From a bacterium (GTDB lineage: Bacteria; Patescibacteriota; Patescibacteriia; Patescibacteriales; GWE2-39-37): a stretch of DNA of 64,000 nt. A program made the position numbers and the translations under genes. This document shows, piece by piece, positions 17,986 to 27,703 of this stretch. A model generated the notes under the pieces. That model did not search any database. It saw only the letters and a program-made list of their open reading frames with translations, and was not told the DNA's origin. The stretch lies in NCBI GenBank assembly GCA_037146995.1, contig JBAWWA010000007.1, positions 22 to 64,021 on the forward strand. The letters are read 5' to 3'. Numbering within the stretch: position 1 is the first letter of the stretch; every line of letters begins with the position of its first letter.

Positions 17986-18016
17986 AAAAAACCGATCTTA
18001 ATTTGAGATCGGTTTT
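17986..18016. terminator. bidirectional terminator
   Basis: AAAAACCGATCT-TAATTTG-AGATCGGTTTTT. It serves the minus-strand 61-aa gene and any plus-strand read-through. Confidence 0.7.
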
Positions 18017-18046
18017 TAAGTTGTGGTATGACTCATTCATCCCCCT

Positions 18047-18232
18047 TTAAGCGCCTAAAAGCATTCGTGTACGAAATCCATCCCGCTGTAAAGCGTTAAT
18101 GATTTCACTGACATCCTCACCTGTTTTGTGCATTTCCAGCACTCTATTTGAGGCTATTAAAGCCTCGAGTCGAACTTGCATCAAGAGCTGAGTGAGCGAA
18201 CAATCGTTTTCTGGCCGCGTAGTTGATAACAT
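18047..18232 (-). CDS. small helical protein (61 aa), unknown function
   Basis: Consensus SD (AAGGAGG) 7 nt upstream of the ATG, its own promoter at 18307-18335, and its own terminator. Confidence 0.6.
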   Translation of the reverse strand: MLSTTRPENDCSLTQLLMQVRLEALIASNRVLEMHKTGEDVSEIINALQRDGFRTRMLLGA

Positions 18233-18306
18233 GGCAATACCTCCTTGTGTTTTTTGTTTTAAAAGGAACTCCTTTTGATACTTAGGAAAGTTAAATATGT
18301 AAAGTC

Positions 18307-18335
18307 ATTATAGCACATTTTGACAATAATTGCAA
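18307..18335 (-). promoter_or_regulatory. promoter TTGCAA-17-TATAAT with TGTG extended -10
   Basis: The minus strand reads TTGCAAttattgtcaaaaTGTGCTATAAT, giving a 5' UTR of about 70 nt before the 61-aa ORF. Confidence 0.6.
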
Positions 18336-18359
18336 GACCTTGGATAATATAGCAATTTT

Positions 18360-19448
18360 TTAACCATTTATCAAAGTTTCAGTTACGATCTCTGCCATCG
18401 CTTCGGCAGCGTTGGCCGGCATAATTTTCTTTGAGCTTACTGCAAGTTCATCTAATAACTTCTTGTCTTCCAGTAATTTCATAATAATCTTAGCAAACAA
18501 TTCTGGTGTCAATTCATTCTGTTTTAGGACGATGGCGGCGTTCATCTCACCGATCATTCGAGCATTTTCCTCTTGATGACTATTAGGCATAGGGATTAAA
18601 ACCATGGGCTTACCTAGATAGCTAATCTCGGTGATAAAACCAAGACCTGCTCTGGATATCACAATATCGCTCGCAGCAAATGACTCGGTCAAAGTTGTTG
18701 AGTCCAAAAAATCAAAAGCGATATAGCGCGGGTTATTCTCCGATCTGGTCTTGCTTGCTCCAGTCTGATGAATAATTCGAGCATGTAACGTCAGCTCTGC
18801 CAACGATTCAACCACGAGTTTATTGATCGCCTCAGCGCCAGTGCCACCGCCAACTACTAATATTATAGGCAAATCATCCTTGAAGCCAAAACGATGAATC
18901 GCATTTTGACGATCTAGCAGGTGTACTTTTTTTATCTCAGGTCGCACTGGATTACCGATCAATCGCGCTTTAGCACCGTAGTCATTTAATGACCGAGCGA
19001 ACACCACCGTAATGACTCGTGCAAATGGCGCCATTATTCTATTAGCCAGACCAGGCACAAAATCCATTTGATGAACTAAAACGGGAATCCGCAACACCCA
19101 AGCAGCGATGGCCACAGGGACAGCAACAAAGCTTCCAGCAGTTACCACTATTGCAGGCTTGAATTTTAATAAGACAAATAAAGACTGCCAAAAGCCGTAA
19201 AAAATTTTCAAAATATCACTGATATTAAACAAAGAAAAATAGCGTCGAAATTTGCCACTCGCAATACTTACATATGGAATCGCTGCTTCGTCCACCATCT
19301 CAAACTCAATACCTTTTTTGGTGCCGAGCCATAAAAATTCAAGTCCGTCATTATTCAACTTTAACTCCTCTACTAGGGCAATGAGCGGCGTGACTGAACC
19401 ACCAGTACCGCCTCCGGACAGCAGGATTCTGTTTGGATTTTTTTTCAT
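18360..19448 (-). CDS. murG: undecaprenyldiphospho-muramoylpentapeptide beta-N-acetylglucosaminyltransferase
   Basis: N-terminus ILLSGGGTGGSVTPLIAL, a C-terminal GT28 domain (GGGTGAEAIN, SRAGLGFITE), and dcw-cluster context. Confidence 0.92.
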   Translation of the reverse strand: MKKNPNRILLSGGGTGGSVTPLIALVEELKLNNDGLEFLWLGTKKGIEFEMVDEAAIPYVSIASGKFRRYFSLFNISDILKIFYGFWQSLFVLLKFKPAIVVTAGSFVAVPVAIAAWVLRIPVLVHQMDFVPGLANRIMAPFARVITVVFARSLNDYGAKARLIGNPVRPEIKKVHLLDRQNAIHRFGFKDDLPIILVVGGGTGAEAINKLVVESLAELTLHARIIHQTGASKTRSENNPRYIAFDFLDSTTLTESFAASDIVISRAGLGFITEISYLGKPMVLIPMPNSHQEENARMIGEMNAAIVLKQNELTPELFAKIIMKLLEDKKLLDELAVSSKKIMPANAAEAMAEIVTETLING

Positions 19449-20587
19449 ACTCTATTTTGACGACTTATATTAATAATAACCCCGATAGCTGACATGGCTG
19501 CCATTATAGCTGAACCACCGCTCGAGATAAATGGTAGTGGCACTCCAGTCATGGGCATAAAATCAATCATCCCCCCGATATTAATAAATGCTTGCACAAC
19601 TAACCAACTACCGATACCAATAGCCAATACCTTACCGAAGTGGTCCTGTGACCTAATGGCTATTAGATAACTGCGATAAAAAATATTCAAAAAAAGTGCA
19701 ATCAAGGCAGCTGAAAATATAAAACCCAACTCCTCGCCAATGATTGGGAAGATCGAGTCACCGCTAACCTCTGGGAGATACATTAATTTTTGCCTTGAAG
19801 CGCCAAAGCCACGCCCCCATAGACCACCCGAACCAACAGCAATCATTGACTGATTCAATTGATAGCAATGCTGATCGGCACTCCAAGCGGGATTCCAATA
19901 ACATTTAAAACGACGCGCCTGATATGGCATCAATGTGGTCATCAAGACCAGTGCTAGCACGCCGGCGGTCACGATCCAAGCGATATGTTTGATATTACCA
20001 CCACCCACAAAATAAGCAATCAAGGATGAAACGGTAATAATTGATAAAGTACCAAAGTCTGGTTGCAACATCATGAGGATGGCAATCACCCCGTAAACCA
20101 CAAAAAAAGGCAAGGTACCCTGCTTGAAATCAGCCACCACTTTGCCCCGAGATTCGAGCCAAGCCGCCGCATAAATTAAAAAAAACAATTTGACAAATTC
20201 TGACGGTTGCAAAGAAAAACCAAAAATCGAAATCCAGCTACGTGCTTTGTCATTGGCCGAAGAGGATAAACCAGGAACAAAAACCAACATCAATAAAAAG
20301 ACTGAAAATATTAAAAAATACAAACTATACTCTCGCAAACGATGATAATCAAACCGAGCAAAAAAGACAAAAAAAACCATACCAATTCCCAAGGCCATGA
20401 TCTGATGTTTCAAAAAATAATATGCATCACCAAAGCGCGAATAAGCCAAAGCTCCAGAGGCGCTCGATAACATAATCAGGCCAAATAAAATCACGACCGA
20501 CACGGTAATAATTAAATTCAAGTCAGCTTCACGCTTGTTGTCTTTAGTGATTAATAAGCGATTAATTGTATTGCGCAAATAGGACAT
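19445..20587 (-). CDS. ftsW: SEDS-family peptidoglycan polymerase FtsW/RodA
   Basis: Ten-TM protein with the motifs SEFVKL, QPDFGT and GVPLPFISSGGSA, located between mraY and murG. Confidence 0.88.
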   Translation of the reverse strand: MSYLRNTINRLLITKDNKREADLNLIITVSVVILFGLIMLSSASGALAYSRFGDAYYFLKHQIMALGIGMVFFVFFARFDYHRLREYSLYFLIFSVFLLMLVFVPGLSSSANDKARSWISIFGFSLQPSEFVKLFFLIYAAAWLESRGKVVADFKQGTLPFFVVYGVIAILMMLQPDFGTLSIITVSSLIAYFVGGGNIKHIAWIVTAGVLALVLMTTLMPYQARRFKCYWNPAWSADQHCYQLNQSMIAVGSGGLWGRGFGASRQKLMYLPEVSGDSIFPIIGEELGFIFSAALIALFLNIFYRSYLIAIRSQDHFGKVLAIGIGSWLVVQAFINIGGMIDFMPMTGVPLPFISSGGSAIMAAMSAIGVIINISRQNRV

Positions 20588-21633
20588 TAAAGCGACTTAT
20601 CTAATAAAAAAATAACCAGTCCCATAGCCGCGGAAATTTGAGCGATTACCCAAAAACGCATAACTATCCTGGGTTCACTCCAGCCAATAGCCTCAAAATG
20701 ATGATGAATGGGAGATGAATGAAAGACTTTTTTACCCCTAAGGCGCTTTGAGGTTAATTGAATGATAACCGACAATGACTCAAAGACAAAAACTGAGCCA
20801 ATAATTGGTAATATCAACTGAGTATTTGTAAACATGGCCATTACTCCAAGTGTGACGCCCAGACTCATAGCACCGGTATCACCCATAAAAAATTTTGCCG
20901 GGTTAATATTGAACCATAAAAATGACAACAAGGCTCCGACAATCACCCCACAAAAAGTTGCTAGATCATATTGGCCGCGTAAAAAGGCGATCACGCCATA
21001 TGACATAAAACTCGAAACCAAAACCCCACCTGCCAAGCCGTCAAGGCCGTCAGTCTCATTTACCGAAAAGGCGGTTGAAACAATAACAATAATAAAAACT
21101 GGAATATAAAGCCAGCCAAGTTCAAACGTACCGATAAAAGGAATTCTAAAAGTATCCCAGCCTAATTTGAAATAAAACCACCAAGCGCCAATAGCGGCAA
21201 TAACGGCGTAAACCAGTAAACGATGCTTGATCGTCAGACCGCCCCCACCAAAAACGCCCTTACCACGAACATCGAGCCAGTCATCAAATAGGCCTGCCAA
21301 GGCGCTTGCTACCAAGATACCGAGTGGCATCAAGGTCTCACTGCGTGACAAGAAATTAAGTCTTGTTAAAATTTCCGAATCAAAAATCAATGGCAAAATA
21401 CTAAAGACGAGTGAAAACAATAAAACCGTGCCCCAGATTATAATCCCACCCATCGTTGGCGTGCCTGCCTTACCAGCATGAATCTTGCTAAAAATTGGGG
21501 TTAAGCCACTATTTCGTATACTCTTGCCCAACTTATACTTATATAAAAAGTGAGTCATTATAGGGGTCAGCGCAATAGCGGTCGCAAATGACAGTGAAGA
21601 CAATAAAAGAATTTTTATTATGTAGAAATTCAT
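20587..21633 (-). CDS. mraY: phospho-N-acetylmuramoyl-pentapeptide transferase
   Basis: Motifs GTPTMGG, NETDGLDGLA, MGDTGAMSLG and PIHHHFE. Confidence 0.95.
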   Translation of the reverse strand: MNFYIIKILLLSSLSFATAIALTPIMTHFLYKYKLGKSIRNSGLTPIFSKIHAGKAGTPTMGGIIIWGTVLLFSLVFSILPLIFDSEILTRLNFLSRSETLMPLGILVASALAGLFDDWLDVRGKGVFGGGGLTIKHRLLVYAVIAAIGAWWFYFKLGWDTFRIPFIGTFELGWLYIPVFIIVIVSTAFSVNETDGLDGLAGGVLVSSFMSYGVIAFLRGQYDLATFCGVIVGALLSFLWFNINPAKFFMGDTGAMSLGVTLGVMAMFTNTQLILPIIGSVFVFESLSVIIQLTSKRLRGKKVFHSSPIHHHFEAIGWSEPRIVMRFWVIAQISAAMGLVIFLLDKSL

Positions 21634-21634
21634 A

Positions 21635-22051
21635 TTAACGAAAATTTATCAAGTAAAGGCTTCCTATGGCCGCAATTATGAGATTGTTCACGACGAAAGA
21701 TCCTAACATATATAAGTGAATAAAAAATTTATCTTCACGATTAAAAACATATGCACATATCAAGTTCAATACATAAAACAAAAAGCCTATTGCCGGTAGG
21801 TAATATAAACTACTCGAACTACCAATATAATCGACGCCAAAATTTACACTATAATGCATAATCATCTGTGAGTCGCCAACTTTTGTGGCCAATAAATAAG
21901 CCAAAACAAAAGCGGCGCTTACAGAACCAAAATTTAACAAAAGATAGTTTCTGTAAACGAGGTCGGTAAATAATTTTACGAAAAAATTTCTGAGACCTGC
22001 GCGACTATTTAGAAAGAAATTACTGATTTTGATTAGACTATGCATATACAC
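21635..22051 (-). CDS. hypothetical membrane protein (138 aa) at the head of the mraY operon
   Basis: Three or four TM segments, 1 nt from the mraY start. No family recognised. Confidence 0.5.
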   Translation of the reverse strand: MYMHSLIKISNFFLNSRAGLRNFFVKLFTDLVYRNYLLLNFGSVSAAFVLAYLLATKVGDSQMIMHYSVNFGVDYIGSSSSLYYLPAIGFLFYVLNLICAYVFNREDKFFIHLYMLGSFVVNNLIIAAIGSLYLINFR

Positions 22052-22113
22052 AGTCTACCATAATAATTTCCTATTTTAAAGACCTGAAACATTAATTAAA
22101 AACTGTCCACTAT

Positions 22114-22142
22114 TTTCAATAATATATAAATTATGCTATAAT
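22114..22142 (+). promoter_or_regulatory. pilus operon promoter (TTTCAA-17-TGcTATAAT)
   Basis: The extended -10 overlaps the ATG at 22141, which argues for the 22162 start of pilB. Confidence 0.5.
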
Positions 22143-22161
22143 GTTGATAAGTATAAAATAC

Positions 22162-23889
22162 ATGTTAAACAAGGAGCAGATTCAAGATGTACTAATAGAT
22201 GCTGGCGTAATTACTTTGCCAGCTTTTGATTTACTCATCAAAGAATCACAAGAAAACCAAAAAAATATTGAAAACTTAATAATCGAAAAAAAGATTATTA
22301 GTCAGCATGCGCTTTACGAAGCGGCGGCCAAATTTTTTGGTGTTCCTTTTATAGACCTCAAGGATCAAGCCATTAGAAAGGACATTTTATTATCCATTCC
22401 TGAGTCCATTGCCTCAACTCACGGATTAGTAGCCTTTGCTGGCGACAACAAAGAAATCAAAATTGCCACCACCGATCCAGAAGACTTGGAAACTTTCGAG
22501 TTTATCAAAAAAAAGACTGGCCTTTTTGTTATCGTCCATCTAACCACTCCCGAAGGCGTACAATTTGGCTTAAAACAATACCACAAAAATCTCAAAGCGG
22601 AGCTTGACAGTTTAGAGGCCTCTAGCTCAACACCCACTGAACTACCAGGTGAAGATCTTAAAACCTTAGCATCTGACCTGCCTGTAGTTAGAATAGTTGA
22701 TACTTTACTCGAATATGCCATCTTTGAAGATGCCTCAGATATTCATATCGAACCTGAAGAAAAAGAGGTTAACGTTCGTTATCGTACCGATGGCCTCATG
22801 CATCACGTCATGACCTTGCCCAAAAACGTTCAGGCCGGCATTTTGGCTCGTATCAAGGTTTTAGCTAATCTAAAAGTTGATGAACATCGCTTACCTCAAG
22901 ATGGCCGTTTTAAAATATCAAATAAGGATTATAACGTTTCCTTTCGTGTTTCCATTATTCCAACCTATGATGGTGAAAAAGTCGTCATGCGCTTACTGCG
23001 TGAAAAAGCACAGGTTTTAACTCTCGAACAATTAGGCTTTCATCCGACCGCCTTTGAAATTGTCAAACGTAACATCGAAAAACCTCATGGTATGTTACTG
23101 GTCACGGGACCGACTGGTTCAGGAAAAAGTACCACTCTCTATACAGTGCTAAATATCTTAAATAAACCGGATGTCAATATTGTCACCATCGAGGACCCGA
23201 TCGAATATCGCATGCCGCTCATTACCCAATCACAAGTTAATCCCAAGATCGGCTACACTTTCGCCTCTGGACTCAGATCTTTTTTAAGACAAGACCCTGA
23301 TATTATTATGGTTGGAGAAATTCGTGACGAAGAGACGGCTGAAATCGCCGTTCATTCAGCCATGACTGGTCACATGGTATTGTCAACTCTTCACACTAAC
23401 GACGCTATCAATACTTTGCCACGTCTTTCTGACATGGGTGTGGCCACTTTTCTTGTTGCTACAACAACCAATCTCATCATCGCTCAGCGTTTGGTAAGAA
23501 AAATATGCCCTAATTGCGTACAAAGCTACAACCTAGACGCCAAAACAATCGAAGACCTAGGTAATCACTTCAAAATGGAAAAAATTATCGAAACCATGAT
23601 TCGTGAAAAAGCTATCATTGCTGATAAGGGCCTCGATAAATTACTTTTTTATCATGGTAAAGGTTGTAAGCAATGCAATAATACCGGTTACAAAGGCCGA
23701 ATCGGTATCTATGAAACCCTTGAAATTACCCCGCTTATTCAAGACATGATTATGAAAAAGGCCACTGAAAAGGAAATTAAACAAGCTGCCCTAGATCAAA
23801 AAATGCTTGCCATGGTTGAAGATGGTTTTATCAAAGCCAAAAATGGCGTCACAACTTTAGAGGAAATAATGCGCGTAACCAAAGAATAA
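22162..23889 (+). CDS. pilB: type IV pilus assembly ATPase PilB (GspE family)
   Basis: N-terminal GSPII_E_N-like domain, Walker A GPTGSGKST, Asp/His boxes (IMVGEIRD, GHMVLSTLHTND), and the tetracysteine CPNC...CKQC. Confidence 0.9.
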   Translation: MLNKEQIQDVLIDAGVITLPAFDLLIKESQENQKNIENLIIEKKIISQHALYEAAAKFFGVPFIDLKDQAIRKDILLSIPESIASTHGLVAFAGDNKEIKIATTDPEDLETFEFIKKKTGLFVIVHLTTPEGVQFGLKQYHKNLKAELDSLEASSSTPTELPGEDLKTLASDLPVVRIVDTLLEYAIFEDASDIHIEPEEKEVNVRYRTDGLMHHVMTLPKNVQAGILARIKVLANLKVDEHRLPQDGRFKISNKDYNVSFRVSIIPTYDGEKVVMRLLREKAQVLTLEQLGFHPTAFEIVKRNIEKPHGMLLVTGPTGSGKSTTLYTVLNILNKPDVNIVTIEDPIEYRMPLITQSQVNPKIGYTFASGLRSFLRQDPDIIMVGEIRDEETAEIAVHSAMTGHMVLSTLHTNDAINTLPRLSDMGVATFLVATTTNLIIAQRLVRKICPNCVQSYNLDAKTIEDLGNHFKMEKIIETMIREKAIIADKGLDKLLFYHGKGCKQCNNTGYKGRIGIYETLEITPLIQDMIMKKATEKEIKQAALDQKMLAMVEDGFIKAKNGVTTLEEIMRVTKE

Positions 23890-23892
23890 TAT

Positions 23893-25017
23893 ATGGCAGT
23901 TAATTTACCAAGCACTAATACAACACCAACAGAAGCAGTTTCTCTTCACAAAAAGATCGACCTTTTTTTGATGAACATGTCTTCGGTCCCTACCAGCGAA
24001 CTACTTTTTTTCGTTCGCAATCTCGGTATTATGTTAAAAGCCGGTGTTTCCCTAGTCGCCTCCCTCACAACCTTAGCCAAACAAACCGATCATCCAAAGT
24101 TTAAACTTATCATTACTGACGTTTCACACAGCGTTGAAAAGGGCTCCTCATTTGCTGACAGTCTGCGTCTTCACAACAAAACTTTTGACGACCTATTCAT
24201 CAACATGATCGAAGCCGGAGAAATCTCTGGCCGGCTCGAGAGTGTCTTTGCTGAATTATATTTACAAATGAAAAAGCGCTATCAGTTGATCTCAAAAATC
24301 AAAGGCGCCCTCACCTATCCAATTGTTATTTTAGTGGCCATGACCGGTATTGGCACCTTTATGATGGCTTTTATCGTCCCTAAGATTACGGCCATGTTCA
24401 AAGAGTTCAATGCGGAATTACCAATTGCTACCAGAATTTTAATCATCATTAGTGACGCCTTAGCCCAACACGGCATTCTCGTTTTAATTTTTACCGTTAT
24501 TTTCATTTGGATCGCCATTAGAGTTATCAAGACCCCAAATGGCACTTTTTATTCTCAATTATTTTTACTAAAAATGCCGGTTTTCGGACCGATTATCAAG
24601 AAAATCAATCTTGCCAAGTTCTCAAGAACTATCAGCGCCCTGCTTAAAACCGATATCATGATCATTAAGTGCTTTCAAATTACCGCAAGCACTCTGGGAA
24701 ATGTACATTATCGCTTATCCCTCGAAGAAACTGCCGAAAGAATTAAAAAAGGTGTACCTATCCATGAAGTGTTGTCACAATATCCAAATCTTTATTCTCC
24801 CTTAGTCATTCAGATGGTAGCAATCGGTGAACAAACCGGCGAAGTCGACAGTATTCTTGGCGAACTAGCTGATTTCTATGAGGATGAAGTAGATCAAATC
24901 ATGGAGTCTTTGCCATCCATTATCGAGCCGATTTTAATTCTAGTTATGGGTATTGCTGTTGGTGGCATTGCAATCGCCATTATGATGCCGATGTATTCAT
25001 TATCCTCAGCCATGTAA
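23893..25017 (+). CDS. pilC: type IV pilus platform protein PilC (GspF family)
   Basis: Two GspF repeats (MIEAGEISGRLE / MVAIGEQTGEVD) and three TM segments. Confidence 0.9.
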   Translation: MAVNLPSTNTTPTEAVSLHKKIDLFLMNMSSVPTSELLFFVRNLGIMLKAGVSLVASLTTLAKQTDHPKFKLIITDVSHSVEKGSSFADSLRLHNKTFDDLFINMIEAGEISGRLESVFAELYLQMKKRYQLISKIKGALTYPIVILVAMTGIGTFMMAFIVPKITAMFKEFNAELPIATRILIIISDALAQHGILVLIFTVIFIWIAIRVIKTPNGTFYSQLFLLKMPVFGPIIKKINLAKFSRTISALLKTDIMIIKCFQITASTLGNVHYRLSLEETAERIKKGVPIHEVLSQYPNLYSPLVIQMVAIGEQTGEVDSILGELADFYEDEVDQIMESLPSIIEPILILVMGIAVGGIAIAIMMPMYSLSSAM

Positions 25018-25022
25018 ATCTT

Positions 25023-26153
25023 ATGAGATTATTTAATCAAATTTCAAATAACGCCTTCGGACTGGATATTTCAAATCTGACTTTGAAATTATGTGAAACC
25101 GAAGCCAAGGGCAAGATTCAACGCCTGCAAGCCATTAGTCGCATTGACATCCCCAAAGGCATTATCGAAGGCGGAGTAATCTTAAAACAAGAAGAATTTG
25201 TAAAAGCGCTTAAAAAGCTGATTAATGAGCCACTTTACGGCAAGGTCTTATCAAGAAACGTAGTGGCCTCCCTACCTGAAGAGAAAACATTTATTAAGCT
25301 CATCGAACTTGGCCGCAATCCTAACAGTCTTAAAGAAATTATTGCTTCTGAGGTAGAAAAAAATATCCCTATGCCAATTACGGAAATGTATCTTGATTGG
25401 CAAGTCATTACTGATTCAGCTGAAAAAAAACTCATCTTGGTTGCTGCCTGCCCGAAAATCGTTGTTGACAAATACGTAGAAACCTTAACAATGGCTGGCT
25501 TGTCTGTGCAAGCGCTCGAAATTGAATCAATTGCCACCTGTCGAGCACTGCTACTTGAAGAAGCCACCAAGACTACAGAAAGTAAAGAATGCTATATTAT
25601 TGCCGATATAGGCGGTCAAAGCACTAATATCATTGCTTATGCTCAAGGCGTGATCCTTTTTTCAGTTAGCGTTCCGATCGCTAGTGACAAAGTCACAGAG
25701 CGCGTCGCCGAAGCATTGAAGATCGATCTTGAACAAGCCGAAAAAGCCAAAATCGTTTGTGGCTTGAATCCAGACAAAGCCGAAGGTATCGTCAAGCATA
25801 TACTCGAAGCTATTACTGACCAGCTACTCCGAAAAATCAACGAAATCATTCGCTTTCAAGCCCATCACTATCCAAGCTTCGGCAAGGTCTCAAAAATCAT
25901 TCTAACTGGCGGTGGCGCCAATACCGAACATCTTGATGAATTTATTAGCAAAGCAACCAACTTGCCAGTTGAGCTAGGGAGTGTCTTTACCAATTTAAGC
26001 AATGATGATGCCCAGTGGATAGAGATTCTCAAAACCACTAAAAAGCTTTTAAAATTTCCAGAATTTGTGAGTGATAGCAAAAATAATGGCAGTAGTAACT
26101 ACACGACAGCAATCGGCCTGGCACTACGTGATAAAATGATTCAAAATAATTAA
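25023..26153 (+). CDS. pilM: type IV pilus assembly protein PilM (actin-like ATPase fold)
   Basis: N-terminus FGLDISNLTLKL, ADIGGQSTNI and ILTGGGAN, positioned after pilC. Confidence 0.8.
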   Translation: MRLFNQISNNAFGLDISNLTLKLCETEAKGKIQRLQAISRIDIPKGIIEGGVILKQEEFVKALKKLINEPLYGKVLSRNVVASLPEEKTFIKLIELGRNPNSLKEIIASEVEKNIPMPITEMYLDWQVITDSAEKKLILVAACPKIVVDKYVETLTMAGLSVQALEIESIATCRALLLEEATKTTESKECYIIADIGGQSTNIIAYAQGVILFSVSVPIASDKVTERVAEALKIDLEQAEKAKIVCGLNPDKAEGIVKHILEAITDQLLRKINEIIRFQAHHYPSFGKVSKIILTGGGANTEHLDEFISKATNLPVELGSVFTNLSNDDAQWIEILKTTKKLLKFPEFVSDSKNNGSSNYTTAIGLALRDKMIQNN

Positions 26154-26879
26154 ATGATCAAGTTAAATTTGGTTCCTGAATATATCAAAAATGATCAGAA
26201 ATTAGAGCGAATATTGGCTTTAAATATTCGCGCTTTGTTGATTCTTTGTTTCGGTTTTTTTATAGCCTCTGGGGTTATTCTTTACGCTCAACTCAGCTTG
26301 CAAGACGCCTATGACGATTTTACAGCCCAAAGTAACTTAATTGCAGACAACTCTAAAGACTACAACAACAAAGTTGCAACACTAAATAATAGAATTAGTG
26401 TTGTTAGTAAAATTAAACTAGAAAACTTCGACTGGCCTGCATTTCTTGAGCACTTCTCTCAAAACATTCCGCCCAACATAATAGTAAATAGTGCCAGCTT
26501 TAATCATGTAAATGACTTCATAAGCTTGTCGGTTATTGCCAAGACTCGTGAGGACTTACTAGCCCTTAGAACTAATCTCGTGGCCTCAGGCATTATTAGT
26601 TCTTTTGAATTTCCAGTCAGCATTATGTTGCAAAAAGAAAACATCAAATTTGAAATCAATTCTCAGGCAATATTTTCCCTACCACAAGCCCCAGTAGCCT
26701 CATCTAGCACAACCACGACAGCTGTAATCACAGCCAGTACTTCGCCAGAAATTATCACAGCCTCAACTACAATCAAAAAAAAGACGACAAAATCTAAAAA
26801 AAATAGCCCCAAAAATGCAACCACTACTTCTAATATCTTAACTGCCCCTGAGGCCTCTTCCACAAATGGAATCAAATAA
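26154..26879 (+). CDS. pilN: PilN-like bitopic protein with Ser/Thr-rich C-terminal tail
   Basis: N-terminus MIKLNLVPEYIK (the PilN IN-LLP-type motif), one TM and a periplasmic-type domain. The last ~65 aa are S/T/K-rich. Confidence 0.55.
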   Translation: MIKLNLVPEYIKNDQKLERILALNIRALLILCFGFFIASGVILYAQLSLQDAYDDFTAQSNLIADNSKDYNNKVATLNNRISVVSKIKLENFDWPAFLEHFSQNIPPNIIVNSASFNHVNDFISLSVIAKTREDLLALRTNLVASGIISSFEFPVSIMLQKENIKFEINSQAIFSLPQAPVASSSTTTTAVITASTSPEIITASTTIKKKTTKSKKNSPKNATTTSNILTAPEASSTNGIK

Positions 26880-27411
26880 AACTAAAAAACTATTAATCAA
26901 TAAATTTTTAATTTTTAACATTGCCGCAATGGTGCTGATTTTTTGTTCAATGTTTTTCATTATTTTGCCATCGACAGATAAACTAACCTCAATCAATGCA
27001 ACAGTTCAGGCAGACCAGGGGGAAACGGAAAACAAAAAAAGCCTCATAAAGCAAAGCGACAATTTAAATATTGGCATCAAGGACGTTGAAACTAAATTAA
27101 ACGAATTTACCTCAGGCTTTATAAGTAAGGCCGACGAAGTCGATTTTATTTACACCTTAGAAAATCTTGGTAACAAATTAAATTTAAAAAATAATTTAAG
27201 TATTGGTGAAAAAAAGCCGATTGCAACCTTTCAGCAATCTGATATTCAAATTGTACTACAAGGCAAGTACATAGATGAAGTAGCCTATTTAAGTGAGATA
27301 AAAAAATTAAAATATCAAATCACAGTCAACTCTGTAAATTTCACTCAAGGCGGCGCTAGCGGTTCTGATAGTGTTAATATGACCGTCTTTGCAACTGTCT
27401 TTTGGCAATAA
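26866..27411 (+). CDS. pilO: PilO-like bitopic protein
   Basis: One TM, a coiled segment and a small domain. The call rests on position after pilN only. Confidence 0.45.
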   Translation: MESNKTKKLLINKFLIFNIAAMVLIFCSMFFIILPSTDKLTSINATVQADQGETENKKSLIKQSDNLNIGIKDVETKLNEFTSGFISKADEVDFIYTLENLGNKLNLKNNLSIGEKKPIATFQQSDIQIVLQGKYIDEVAYLSEIKKLKYQITVNSVNFTQGGASGSDSVNMTVFATVFWQ

Positions 27412-27415
27412 TAAT

Positions 27416-27697
27416 ATGACCAATAAAAGTATTACACTAAATCCAGATTCCCCAATTTTCATTCGGACCATATTACTTCTCTGTTATGTTATTACCGCGA
27501 CAGTTATTGGGCTGGCATTACAAAAATTTTATTCTGAATCGTTCAAGCTTTCATCAAGCTTAAATAGTCTCATCTCCTTAAAAACCGAAACCTCAGTAAC
27601 TCAAATCAATTACAAACAATTCAAAACTATTGAAGATTCTTTAAATAAACCAGAAATTTTAACTATACCTGCAAAAATCACGCCGATTATCAGGTAA
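27416..27697 (+). CDS. small single-TM protein of the pilus operon
   Basis: The ATG at 27416 lies 4 nt after the pilO-like stop (the track ORF starts at 27389 inside the previous gene). TM segment IRTILLLCYVITATVIGLAL. Confidence 0.4.
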   Translation: MTNKSITLNPDSPIFIRTILLLCYVITATVIGLALQKFYSESFKLSSSLNSLISLKTETSVTQINYKQFKTIEDSLNKPEILTIPAKITPIIR

Positions 27698-27703
27698 ATA
27701 TAT

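Noticed and set aside
17849-18040. 63-aa minus-strand ORF in the tRNA-proximal spacer
   Set aside because: It runs through a terminator hairpin and the tRNA 3' fragment, has no SD or promoter, and has low-complexity AT-driven composition.
26690-26876. Repetitive-looking A/C-rich DNA, considered as a tandem repeat or array
   Set aside because: It is in frame and encodes the Ser/Thr/Lys-rich tail of the PilN-like protein. There is no unit periodicity and no spacer/repeat structure, so it is not CRISPR-like.
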